Shown: positions 45,493 to 54,309 of the stretch, one piece after another
How the letters are laid out: each line of letters begins with the position of its first letter
Numbering within the stretch: position 1 is the first letter of the stretch
Assembly (NCBI GenBank): GCA_963928595.1
Contig: CAWVFK010000025.1
Coordinates: forward strand, 4,070 to 68,069
Direction of reading: 5' to 3'
Origin: Candidatus Coprosoma sp.
GTDB taxonomy: Bacteria > Bacillota_I > Bacilli_A > RF39 > UBA660
Length of the DNA stretch: 64,000 nt
Notes under the pieces: model-generated
What the model was told of the DNA's origin: nothing
The model's input: only the letters and a program-made list of their open reading frames with translations
Database searches by the model: none
Made by a program: the position numbers and the translations under genes

Positions 45493-46392
45493 TTAAATTT
45501 TTAAATACTTTCTAACTGCTCGCCATGAGCCAAACATACCAACTAAGATACCAATTCCTAAAAGAATTAAAGATGTGGTATAGACAAATGGAACTGGCTC
45601 AATCAATTTAATAAATTGTGAGAATAAATGTCCATCAAAATGTCTATACAAGGCATTATATCCATAAATAGTAGCTAAAATTGGAATTACAGATCCTAAA
45701 GCCCCTAGAAGTAAACCTTCGATGATAAATGGAATTCTAATATTTAAGTTTGAAGCACCAATTAAACGCATAATACCAATTTCTCTTTGGCGAGAATTAA
45801 TAGTAATTTTAATGGTATTAGAGATTAAGAAGGCTGTAACTAAGATTAGGGCAATAACGGCTCCAATACAGATTTTATGCACAAAGTCAAAGGTAGAGAT
45901 TAATTGTTCAACCATACCTTCACCATATTTAACTAAAGTTATGCCATCAATATCTTCTATTTCTTTAGCTACATTATCAATTTTTTCAATGTCTTTGACT
46001 TTAACTTGGAAAGTATTTTGAATTGGGTTTTCTTCATCGGTCCAGTTTTTCATAATACTATCAAAGACTTCTGATGAATCTCGCATTTCAGTGGTGATGT
46101 CTTGTTTTGAGCGGAATTCATAAGAATCAACATTATTAATTACGCTAATTTTATCTTTAATTTCATCGATTTGTTCATCGTTATATTCATTATCGATGAA
46201 GGCGACAATCGTAACGTCTCTTTCAACTAGTTTGGTAAAGTTATCAACATTATTAGATAAAACCATAGAAACAGCAACAACAATTAGGGTTATAGTTATA
46301 CAAGAGATAGAGGCAAATGATAATGAAAAGTTTCTAAAGACACCTTTAAAGGCATCACGAAAGTTTCTTCCAATAATTCTAAATGTTTTCAT
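45493..46392 (-). CDS. ftsX: cell division permease FtsX
   Basis: TM, a ~100-aa extracellular loop, and a C-terminal FtsX domain (REIGIMRLIGASN). Start at MKTFRIIGRN behind GAAAGGAA. Confidence 0.88.
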   Translation of the reverse strand: MKTFRIIGRNFRDAFKGVFRNFSLSFASISCITITLIVVAVSMVLSNNVDNFTKLVERDVTIVAFIDNEYNDEQIDEIKDKISVINNVDSYEFRSKQDITTEMRDSSEVFDSIMKNWTDEENPIQNTFQVKVKDIEKIDNVAKEIEDIDGITLVKYGEGMVEQLISTFDFVHKICIGAVIALILVTAFLISNTIKITINSRQREIGIMRLIGASNLNIRIPFIIEGLLLGALGSVIPILATIYGYNALYRHFDGHLFSQFIKLIEPVPFVYTTSLILLGIGILVGMFGSWRAVRKYLKI

Positions 46393-47083
46393 TGCTATAA
46401 GTTCCTTTCTCATAATCTTTTAGGACTCTGCCTGAATCTAATAAAATAACTCTTTTGTTCATTCTTTTTACAATGTTTATATCATGAGTAACCATGATAA
46501 TGGTTGTACCTAATTTATTGATTTCTTCTAATACTTCCATAATTTCCATACCAGTAGAAGGGTCTAAGTTACCCGTTGGTTCGTCACATATTAATAATTT
46601 TGGGCCATTGACAATAGCCCTAGCAATGGCCACACGTTGCTGTTCTCCACCAGATAGTTGTGATGGATAATTTTTAATTTTATTTTTAAGTCCAACTAGT
46701 TCTAAAACTTTGAGAACTTTAGCATGAATTTCATCTTTTGGTAGGCCAAATATTTCGAGAGCAAAAGCAACATTTTCATAAACTGTTGATTTAGGTAACA
46801 ATTTATAGTCTTGGAAAACGACACCTATTTTTCTTCTAATTTTATAAACTTTGCCATTTCTTAGTTTTCCAACATCTATTCCACCGACAATTATTTGTCC
46901 TGATGTTGGTTTTTCTTCACGATAAAGCATTTTTATTAAAGTGCTTTTACCACAACCAGTAGAACCGATTATAAAGACAAAATCACCCTTTTTAATGGTT
47001 AAATTTAAATCTTGAATAGCGGTAACACCAGTTTTATAGGTTTTTTTCACATTTGTCATTCTTATTAAATCCACTACAATCAC
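46379..47083 (-). CDS. ftsE: cell division ATP-binding protein FtsE
   Basis: Walker A GSTGCGKST, signature LSGGEQQR and Walker B LICDEPTGNLD. Precedes ftsX. The exact start (M1 or M9) is uncertain. Confidence 0.92.
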   Translation of the reverse strand: MIVVDLIRMTNVKKTYKTGVTAIQDLNLTIKKGDFVFIIGSTGCGKSTLIKMLYREEKPTSGQIIVGGIDVGKLRNGKVYKIRRKIGVVFQDYKLLPKSTVYENVAFALEIFGLPKDEIHAKVLKVLELVGLKNKIKNYPSQLSGGEQQRVAIARAIVNGPKLLICDEPTGNLDPSTGMEIMEVLEEINKLGTTIIMVTHDINIVKRMNKRVILLDSGRVLKDYEKGTYSNENI

Positions 47084-47096
47084 TTCTTTCTATTAA

Positions 47097-47984
47097 TTAA
47101 GCTTTATGTCCTTGTATTTCATAAGTATCTATAACAATAACGAAGGCTTCTGGGTCCAGTTTTTTTATAGCTTCAGTAGCCACAAAGTATTCTCTAGTTG
47201 GGATGGCACATAATAAAACTTTTTTTCTTTTATTTGTATAACCACCTTGGGCATCTATTTCAGTAACACCATGATTTAATGTTTCCATGATAAAGTTCTT
47301 AACGGCATTTTCTTCAGTTGTAATTATTTCTAATGTTTTGTATTCAGAAATGCCTAATATTACTCTATCACTAATTATTCCTGAAGAATATAAGGTTATT
47401 ATTGAATATATAAATGATTGCCAACCAAAGAAGATTCCACCAGCGGCCATAATTAAACCTTCAGAATATATATTAGCTTTACTATATGGCATTTTTCCAT
47501 ATTGAGATAATATTTGTTTTAAGACATCAGTACCACCAGTTGTAAAGTTATTTTTAAAAACTAATCCAGTACCAATACCACTTATAAGGGCACCACATAA
47601 AGCAATAACTATAGTTTCCGTATTACCTAGATTAATGTATTTTGGGAAAAATTCAGTAAGTTTAATTAAAACTGGGTATAAAATAGATCCTAAAACTGTC
47701 GATTTGGTTTTTTCTTTTCCTAAAAAAACATAGCTAGCAATTAATAAAAGAACATTCCCAATTAAAATTACTAGTGATGGATCGATGTTAAAAAATTTTT
47801 CGGTAATGATTGAAAGACCACTTAAACCAAAAATTAAATTACAAGGTTTTAGAAAAACATTAAAGGCAAAGGCTGATAAAAAAACACCGATGAAAAACAT
47901 AACATAACGTTTTACTTTTTTACTGCTTGTAATCTCTTTTAAAAGATTATTATTATCTATTTGCTTTTTTTTAGCAAATATCAT
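47097..47984 (-). CDS. YitT-family membrane protein (DUF2179 C-terminal domain)
   Basis: 295 aa with about 5 TM helices and a C-terminal soluble domain (TTEENAVKNFIMETLNHGVTEIDAQGGY). The start overlaps the prfB stop. Confidence 0.8.
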   Translation of the reverse strand: MIFAKKKQIDNNNLLKEITSSKKVKRYVMFFIGVFLSAFAFNVFLKPCNLIFGLSGLSIITEKFFNIDPSLVILIGNVLLLIASYVFLGKEKTKSTVLGSILYPVLIKLTEFFPKYINLGNTETIVIALCGALISGIGTGLVFKNNFTTGGTDVLKQILSQYGKMPYSKANIYSEGLIMAAGGIFFGWQSFIYSIITLYSSGIISDRVILGISEYKTLEIITTEENAVKNFIMETLNHGVTEIDAQGGYTNKRKKVLLCAIPTREYFVATEAIKKLDPEAFVIVIDTYEIQGHKA

Positions 47985-49079
47985 CCGGCATTCCTCCTTA
48001 AATTAGCATTGATAAATTTATCTAAATCACCATCCATTACTTTATTTACATTAGTTTCTTCACAATTTGTTCGATGATCTTTAACTAATGAATATGGATG
48101 CATAACATAACTTCTAATTTGAGAGCCAAAATTAATATCTCTTTGTTCACCCTTTAACTGCTGTAATTCTTTTTTCTTGTTTTCTTCTTCTATTTCATAT
48201 AGCTTACTTTTTAAAATCTGCATGGCTTTGGCTTTATTTTGAACTTGGCTTCTTTCGTTTTGACAAGTTACAACAATACCGGTAGGCAAATGGGTTATTC
48301 TAACGGCACTATCAGTGGTGTTTACGCTTTGACCGCCGGCTCCACTACTGTGAAAAACATCGATCTTTAAATCTTTTTCGTTGATATCTACTTTAACTGT
48401 ATCATCGATGACTGGAGTAACACTAACCGAAGCAAATGAGGTATGTCTTCGAGCTCCTGAATCAAATGGAGAAATTCGAACTAAACGATGAATTCCTTTT
48501 TCATTTTTTAAATATCCATAAGCATATAATCCTTTAACAATAATAGTGATGCTCTTTATACCGGTTTCTAGACCTGGTTGTTCATCGACAACTTCTAGTT
48601 TGTAATTTTTCTTTTCAGCATATCTTGTATACATTCTATAAAGCATATTAGCCCAATCGCAAGCTTCAGTGCCACCGGCACCAGAATGTATTTCTAAGAC
48701 AGCATCATTTTTATCATACTCACCACTTAGAAGGACCATAGTTTCAACTTCATCGATTTTAGGTTTAAGAGTTTTACTTTCTTCTTCAATCCAGGCTATA
48801 CTTTCTTCATCATTAAGTTCTAATGCTTTAGCCATTTCTAAATAATCTGCCACTTCATCTAATAGGTTTTTAACATCGTTTAGAACTTTTTTTTCACTAT
48901 TTAATAAAGCAATAACTTCTTCGCTGTGTCTTGTGTCATCCCAGAAATTTGGAGCTGACATTTCATTTTCTAGTTCTTTTATCTTTGATTGTTTACTTTC
49001 GGGGTCAAAGTGACCTCCATAGATCTTGCAGTTTATCTAAATATTTTTCATATAAATTTATAGCTTCTTTTAGTTCCAT
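47981..49079 (-). CDS. prfB: peptide chain release factor 2, requires a programmed +1 frameshift
   Basis: Frame 0 is ATG 49079, encoding MELKEAINLYEKYLDKLQDLWRSL, then TGA at 49007..49005. The +1 frame continues DPESKQSKIKELENEMSAPNFWDD into the 326-aa track ORF with SPF and GGQ ([24 protein letters not shown]). Confidence 0.93.
49004..49019 (-). promoter_or_regulatory. prfB +1 frameshift site (GGAGG ... CUU UGA C)
   Basis: The minus strand reads TGGAGGTCACTTTGAC. An internal SD-like GGAGG (49018..49014) lies 3 nt before the CTT (49010..49008) TGA (49007..49005) C. Confidence 0.9.
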
Positions 49080-49160
49080 AGATGTACCTCCCTATCATTA
49101 ATTCATTATATCAGATTATTAGCTTTTTTACTAGATGATTTGGATGGAAAAAAAATACAA

Positions 49161-49442
49161 TTATTTGCATGTTTTTTTTAAGATAAAATATTTACAATCG
49201 TATGCGCCATTACTTTTAATATATTCTTCGGCTTTTTTAATATCGTTTATAGGTTTAAATTTTGGATTGCTTTTTTCACAAAAACCTTTTAAACGAAGTT
49301 TACCATATGACCAATCACCTAAAATATAGTCATAATCATTAAAGTATTCAGTGTATCTTTCTTTTACGGCATCATAATCAAAGCCATTTTTATAATCTTT
49401 AATTAGTTCGTAATTATTATTTTCTATTTCATATGTTTTCAT
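49161..49442 (-). CDS. YutD-like protein (DUF1027)
   Basis: 93 aa. YDYILGDWSYGKLRLKGF is the conserved core of the YutD family. Confidence 0.6.
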   Translation of the reverse strand: MKTYEIENNNYELIKDYKNGFDYDAVKERYTEYFNDYDYILGDWSYGKLRLKGFCEKSNPKFKPINDIKKAEEYIKSNGAYDCKYFILKKTCK

Positions 49443-49472
49443 TTATATCACCTATGTTTATTATAACATAAT

Positions 49473-50234
49473 TTAGCTATTTGGCAGAGTTAAAGATGGA
49501 GTCGCGGTGTTTAGATTGCCATAGTAGCTTGGAACGGTTCCGGTTACTAATTTCATAGCTATGGGTACTTGATTTTCAATTTTTATTTGTTCATCATAAT
49601 ATGGAAGCATAACTTGTTCGGTAATTTCAATATTAACATAGACTTTAATTAAAGCATTATTGATTCCATAATTGGTAACTTCAGTTGATATATTTGTAAT
49701 AACATCACCGGTTAGTGATATTTTTATAGGAATTTGCATCCCAAAATTAGAAAAGATTGGGTTATCAAAAATAAACCCACTATTTAGATAAAAGATCACA
49801 CCATTTTTCAAGGCTTCTTCATCATAGTTTTCTAGTAAATCTGCTTGATATTCAACTTTTTGAATATCACCATTTTCTATATATTTTAAGTTTTTTTGAA
49901 TGCTTTTCGTTACATTAGTTAGATATTGATTTATTAAAGCTGTATTAAAGTCAATGGAGGTTATTTCACCTTCAGAGTTGTTTGAAACTATAAAAAGATT
50001 ATCAATTTCAACTTTTTTAGTTATATATTTATCGATAGCATCATTAATAATGATACTAGAAAACTTTTTGGCTTCTAAGGAACCATATCTAAAAATTGTC
50101 GGCATGATTCTCCCTTTTATATATCCAAAGATGAAATATATTCCGACTAAAATAGCCACTATAAAAATGGTGATTAAATTAATTGGCTTTATTTTAGACA
50201 ATTTAAATTTTCTTTTTAAGTGAATTCTATTCAT
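49473..50234 (-). CDS. yunB: sporulation protein YunB
   Basis: 253 aa with an N-terminal TM. Overall pattern (AKKFSSIIINDAIDKYI ... VTNYGINNALIKVYVNIEI ... IPIAMK) is consistent with YunB. No good SD at the ATG. Confidence 0.6.
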   Translation of the reverse strand: MNRIHLKRKFKLSKIKPINLITIFIVAILVGIYFIFGYIKGRIMPTIFRYGSLEAKKFSSIIINDAIDKYITKKVEIDNLFIVSNNSEGEITSIDFNTALINQYLTNVTKSIQKNLKYIENGDIQKVEYQADLLENYDEEALKNGVIFYLNSGFIFDNPIFSNFGMQIPIKISLTGDVITNISTEVTNYGINNALIKVYVNIEITEQVMLPYYDEQIKIENQVPIAMKLVTGTVPSYYGNLNTATPSLTLPNS

Positions 50235-50288
50235 ATTTAAATATATTCAAAATAAATAATTAATAATTACAAAAGCTAGAGATTAACT

Positions 50289-51611
50289 CTAGCTTTTTCG
50301 ATATTTAAATTTATAAGTTACTTCTAATTTGTAATTTTTGTTAGTGGCGAATTCTGGAATAGTCATTTTTACTTTCTTTTCAAAATCAGAATGATTTAGT
50401 GGCTGTTTTAATACTTTTAAAGATAAAATTTCGTATTCAACTCTAAATCTAGTCATAAGCTTTCTTTCTTCAACTCGGTATTCTTGGTTGCTTTCATTAA
50501 CATGACTTTCAGCAGACCAGGATGTTGGATTTCCTAGATTTTCGGTATCTCTATCTTTATAGGGCATTTGACTAGGTTGATTAGAAGAATATGAACTGTA
50601 TTTACGTTTTGTGCCATTGTACCAACGCCACTTTTTATCCCGATAACGATATAAGGTGGTGGTATCTTCATCAGTTCTATCATATTTTGTAGTATCGACA
50701 TCGTCTCTAGCACTATATTTTCCACTATTATAGTAAATTTTATCTCCTTTATCATTTTGATAATAAAATTTATAGCCTACAGTGTTTTCAATAGTACGAT
50801 AATCTTTTTCTTCTGGATAATTCAAAGACCATTCAGTCCATTCAGTATATATTTCACTATTATCATCTCTATTGGCATATCCGGAAGGTTGTTCTGATGA
50901 GAATTCTGAATAATCACCTTGAATATCATACCATTTCCAACTACGATCGCGATAACGATAATAATATGTAGTTTGATTTTCAATGTTAATAATATTTCCT
51001 TCTGATGGAACTTCTGGAAGTTTCTCCTCATCTAGTGGCAATCTAATACCGTATTCTGAGGTTTCATCTTGTAACTCTGAGTCATCGAAATAATCAGTCC
51101 ATTCAGTAGTACTCACTTCTCTATCATAATAATTATAATAAGGAACAACATCAATAATAGCTTTGCCAGTTGGATAAGCTGTTTGTTCAGCACTCCATCC
51201 ACTATATTTAGTATTTACGGAACATTTTCCACAATTTCTAGCATCTATAGTATAAACATAATCATTTTTATATTTAGTTATTTTAACAGTACCTGAACAA
51301 AGAATGTTATCAGTATTAGCACTTCTTAAATATTCATTATTATATAAATCATCTAGTCTAACACTAGTACTTTCCCCTTCGAGGGTTGGTATACTACCTT
51401 GATCTTGGGCATATTTTAAACTAGCGCTTTTTAAAGTATCATAGATTTTTAAACAATTATTATTTTGAATTACAGCAACAATAATAAAAATTATGATTAT
51501 AATTGGTAAAATCGTTCCAAATACAAAGAAAAAACGTAGTAATGGTTTTTTATTTTCAAAACTTTGATCGATTGTATTGCCCTCTTCATCAACGTATGTT
51601 TTTCTTCTCAT
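50289..51611 (-). CDS. hypothetical membrane-anchored protein with Trp/Tyr/Arg-rich repeats
   Basis: 440 aa with a TM at about residues 27-48, then a Cys-containing domain and repeats YYYRYRDRSWKWYD and LYRYRDKKWRWYNG. No family recognised. Confidence 0.6.
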   Translation of the reverse strand: MRRKTYVDEEGNTIDQSFENKKPLLRFFFVFGTILPIIIIIFIIVAVIQNNNCLKIYDTLKSASLKYAQDQGSIPTLEGESTSVRLDDLYNNEYLRSANTDNILCSGTVKITKYKNDYVYTIDARNCGKCSVNTKYSGWSAEQTAYPTGKAIIDVVPYYNYYDREVSTTEWTDYFDDSELQDETSEYGIRLPLDEEKLPEVPSEGNIINIENQTTYYYRYRDRSWKWYDIQGDYSEFSSEQPSGYANRDDNSEIYTEWTEWSLNYPEEKDYRTIENTVGYKFYYQNDKGDKIYYNSGKYSARDDVDTTKYDRTDEDTTTLYRYRDKKWRWYNGTKRKYSSYSSNQPSQMPYKDRDTENLGNPTSWSAESHVNESNQEYRVEERKLMTRFRVEYEILSLKVLKQPLNHSDFEKKVKMTIPEFATNKNYKLEVTYKFKYRKS

Positions 51612-51673
51612 GAAATCACCCCTTTATATTATCATTTTAGCACATCTATTTTTTTTTTCAAAGATATTAATAA

Positions 51674-51698
51674 GAAAAAAAGTCTAATTATAGACTTT
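51674..51698 (-). terminator. rho-independent terminator after the lipoprotein gene
   Basis: AAGTCTA (51680..51686) / TAGACTT (51691..51697), with a plus-strand A6 run that gives a U-run on the minus strand. Confidence 0.55.
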
Positions 51699-51713
51699 TC
51701 AGTTTATCTTATA

Positions 51714-52892
51714 TTATTTATTTTTGTCGTTTGGCAATGAATTAAATATATCAGTAGTGACTTGATTAGTAGGATTTGCTGGTTTTTGAGTTTCAGAATT
51801 AACAGTTACTGTAGGTCCAGTGTTAATATCAAGATTTTCCACAGTATTTTGATTTTTCTGTAATGGTTTTGGAGTGCTAGGTTGTGGATTTGGTATTACT
51901 GGTTTTATTGGTGTTGTCTCTTGAACTGGAGCAACTGGAGTTGCTGGTTTTGGTGTCGGAACGACTGATGTTTCTTCTGGAGTTGAAATAAATGGAGTAG
52001 TAGTTGAATTCTCATTATTTAAATTTAAAATTGTGTTTGTTGGATTTATTGTTTCAGTTGTTGGAATTGTAGATGTTACTACAGTTTCATTATTTAAAGT
52101 TGGTTCATTTTTTTGTACGCTTAATGAATCTTTATTAGATTTTGTTTTTTTGTGATGTTTAACAATTAAAACAATAATGATCACAATAATTAGAATGGCA
52201 ATTCCAGCTATTAAATAAATGTTAGTCATATTGTAAAGTTCAAAAGAAAATTCAATATCACTAGAAAAATTGCTGACTGATGTTGGTTGCCATACTAAAG
52301 TTTTTCCTTCGTTTTCTGTATTAGTAGCATTACTGCTTATAGCTTTATACGGTAAATTAATTGTGAAATTTATATCCATACTATTTAAAAGCATTGATAA
52401 ATCTGCATCATCTGCAGCTAATAATGAGTCATCAGAATATGTTGAGCTTAAATCATCTTCAATTTCACTTGTCATATCTTCTGATTCTTCTTCACCAATT
52501 TTAACTGTATAAGTATTTTTGAAAAGGCCTTTTTTTACGGTAAAGATATCAGATAGTTTTTCGCCATTGAAAATGTCATTTAAATTAAACATGGTGTCTT
52601 TTTCAGTACTAACATCATCAATATTATTTATTTTTGTAGAAATGGTATATCCTGTCATGGTATCATCATAATATTCTTCGACATTAAATCCATTATCTTT
52701 AAGTTTTTGGATTTCACTATTATCCATATTAGTTTCATTAGAACTTCTCATCATTTCGTTTGCAAATGCAACTATAAGCTCTAAATTCATACTCTTGTCA
52801 CTATTGATATCCATATTCATGTTAAATTTCATACATCCAGACATCATAAAAGCAACTAACATAAGACATAAAACTTTAAAACTTTTTTTCAT
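51714..52892 (-). CDS. lipoprotein with a C-terminal TM and a Pro/Thr-rich tail
   Basis: Lipobox LVAFMMSGC after MKKSFKVLCLM (start ATG 52892, GGGGAGAG SD). A second TM (IYLIAGIAILIIVIIIVLIV) is followed by a low-complexity T/P/N-rich tail. Confidence 0.6.
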   Translation of the reverse strand: MKKSFKVLCLMLVAFMMSGCMKFNMNMDINSDKSMNLELIVAFANEMMRSSNETNMDNSEIQKLKDNGFNVEEYYDDTMTGYTISTKINNIDDVSTEKDTMFNLNDIFNGEKLSDIFTVKKGLFKNTYTVKIGEEESEDMTSEIEDDLSSTYSDDSLLAADDADLSMLLNSMDINFTINLPYKAISSNATNTENEGKTLVWQPTSVSNFSSDIEFSFELYNMTNIYLIAGIAILIIVIIIVLIVKHHKKTKSNKDSLSVQKNEPTLNNETVVTSTIPTTETINPTNTILNLNNENSTTTPFISTPEETSVVPTPKPATPVAPVQETTPIKPVIPNPQPSTPKPLQKNQNTVENLDINTGPTVTVNSETQKPANPTNQVTTDIFNSLPNDKNK

Positions 52893-52967
52893 TCTCTCCC
52901 CTACTTTCTTTTTTAGCATATCAGAGGAATTTTACTTTGTCAATAAATGTCGAAAAAAGAAAATAGA

Positions 52968-53570
52968 TTAATCTATTTTCTCAAATATACTAGCAGGAGC
53001 TCCACAAATTGGACACACGAAATCATCTGGCAAAGTATCACCTTCATAAATATATCCACAGATTGGGCAGCGATAGCCTTTTTTAGGTTTTTCATATGTT
53101 GGAGCTTTTGGTGGTGTTACGCCATTTTTTACTTTATGGTAATAATCGTATGTCATGACTTCTTCATCTGATAAGTTTTGTGTATTCATAACTTTAGCAA
53201 TAAATATGGTATGTGTATCTAAATCTACTTCTTTTTTCACTTCACATTCAATTAAAGATGCCATATGATCTTTTAAATATTTAATACCATTACTATCAAC
53301 TTCAGTATTAAAGTTTTCATATTTATCAGTATCTTTACTACTTGTAAAACCAAAGGTTTGAATGACTTTCATATCGGTATTTTGAGTAAGTACTGTAGCG
53401 TTAAATTTTTGGTGTTTTTTTAACATCTGATTAGTGTAATTTTCTTTATTAATGGCAACTATTACTCTATCATTAGTGACTTGGGTTAAAGTATTTACAA
53501 CACAACCACTATTTTTTGTATTAATAATATAGACACCATAGGTTAATTTTCTTAATCCTTCTTTATTCAT
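52968..53570 (-). CDS. flavin reductase-like domain fused to rubredoxin
   Basis: N-terminal FMN-binding split-barrel-like region plus a C-terminal rubredoxin CPICGYIYEGD...FVCPICGAP. Confidence 0.8.
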   Translation of the reverse strand: MNKEGLRKLTYGVYIINTKNSGCVVNTLTQVTNDRVIVAINKENYTNQMLKKHQKFNATVLTQNTDMKVIQTFGFTSSKDTDKYENFNTEVDSNGIKYLKDHMASLIECEVKKEVDLDTHTIFIAKVMNTQNLSDEEVMTYDYYHKVKNGVTPPKAPTYEKPKKGYRCPICGYIYEGDTLPDDFVCPICGAPASIFEKID

Positions 53571-53578
53571 ATTTCTCC

Positions 53579-54130
53579 TTATATATATATATGTTTCTTT
53601 CGTGGAATTTCAATTTTATGAGTACGTTCATGCATATACTTGTCAATTAAAATCACTTTATTTTCTCTTAAGCTTTGTGGGACATCAATGATTCTTTGAT
53701 TCCTAGAACCTCTAAAATCGAGGTTTAAGCTAAATTCTTTGATATCAAATTTGCCATCAACTAAAACATCAACATATTTTAAAAGTTCCATCATATCTTT
53801 ACTTTTAAGAGTTTCTTCATAAGTAAAACCAGTATAGCACCAGACATTTAAGCCAATCTCTTTGGCATGTTTAGCTATTTCGGCACAAGCTTTAGCTTGA
53901 AACATCGGATCACCACCTGATAAAGTAATGCCTTGTTGACCTAAAAGAGTATCTAACTCTTGATTTACTTCATCAGTACTGACAGAAAAGCCGCCTTTAA
54001 AATCATGGGTAGTTGGATTGTGACATCCTTCACAATTATGGCTACACCCCTGAGTCCAAACGACGGTTCTAATTCCTGGGCCATCGACTATACTATCTGG
54101 TTGTAAGTCGCTGGCTAAACGTATTTTCAT
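53579..54130 (-). CDS. nrdG: anaerobic ribonucleoside-triphosphate reductase activating protein (radical SAM)
   Basis: GCSHNCEGCHN cluster motif and GITLSGGDP. The start ATG overlaps the stop of the upstream glycyl-radical ORF (TAATG). Confidence 0.92.
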   Translation of the reverse strand: MKIRLASDLQPDSIVDGPGIRTVVWTQGCSHNCEGCHNPTTHDFKGGFSVSTDEVNQELDTLLGQQGITLSGGDPMFQAKACAEIAKHAKEIGLNVWCYTGFTYEETLKSKDMMELLKYVDVLVDGKFDIKEFSLNLDFRGSRNQRIIDVPQSLRENKVILIDKYMHERTHKIEIPRKKHIYI

Positions 54131-54297
54131 TATTTAGCTTCTTTCATAAGTCCAGCAGTACTGTGTTTTACACGGTCATGTTCTTCAGCTCTTTTAGCAT
54201 TGTTAAATCTATCTGTAGTACCTACTAAATAACCGGTAATTCTTCTAATTCTTTCGAATTTTACTCCTTCTCCTACTTTTTTTTCGTCTGCTTTCAT
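54130..54297 (-). CDS. stand-alone NrdD C-terminal glycyl-radical segment (55 aa)
   Basis: Not in the ORF track. AGGAGG SD, 8-nt spacer, ATG 54297. Encodes MKADEKKVGEGVKFERIRRITGYLVGTTDRFNNAKRAEEHDRVKHSTAGLMKEAK, which carries the class III RNR radical motif R-I-x-G-Y-L. It is in frame with nrdD, separated only by TAG (54312..54310) and four codons. Confidence 0.75.
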   Translation of the reverse strand: MKADEKKVGEGVKFERIRRITGYLVGTTDRFNNAKRAEEHDRVKHSTAGLMKEAK

Positions 54298-54309
54298 TTT
54301 ATTTTCCTC

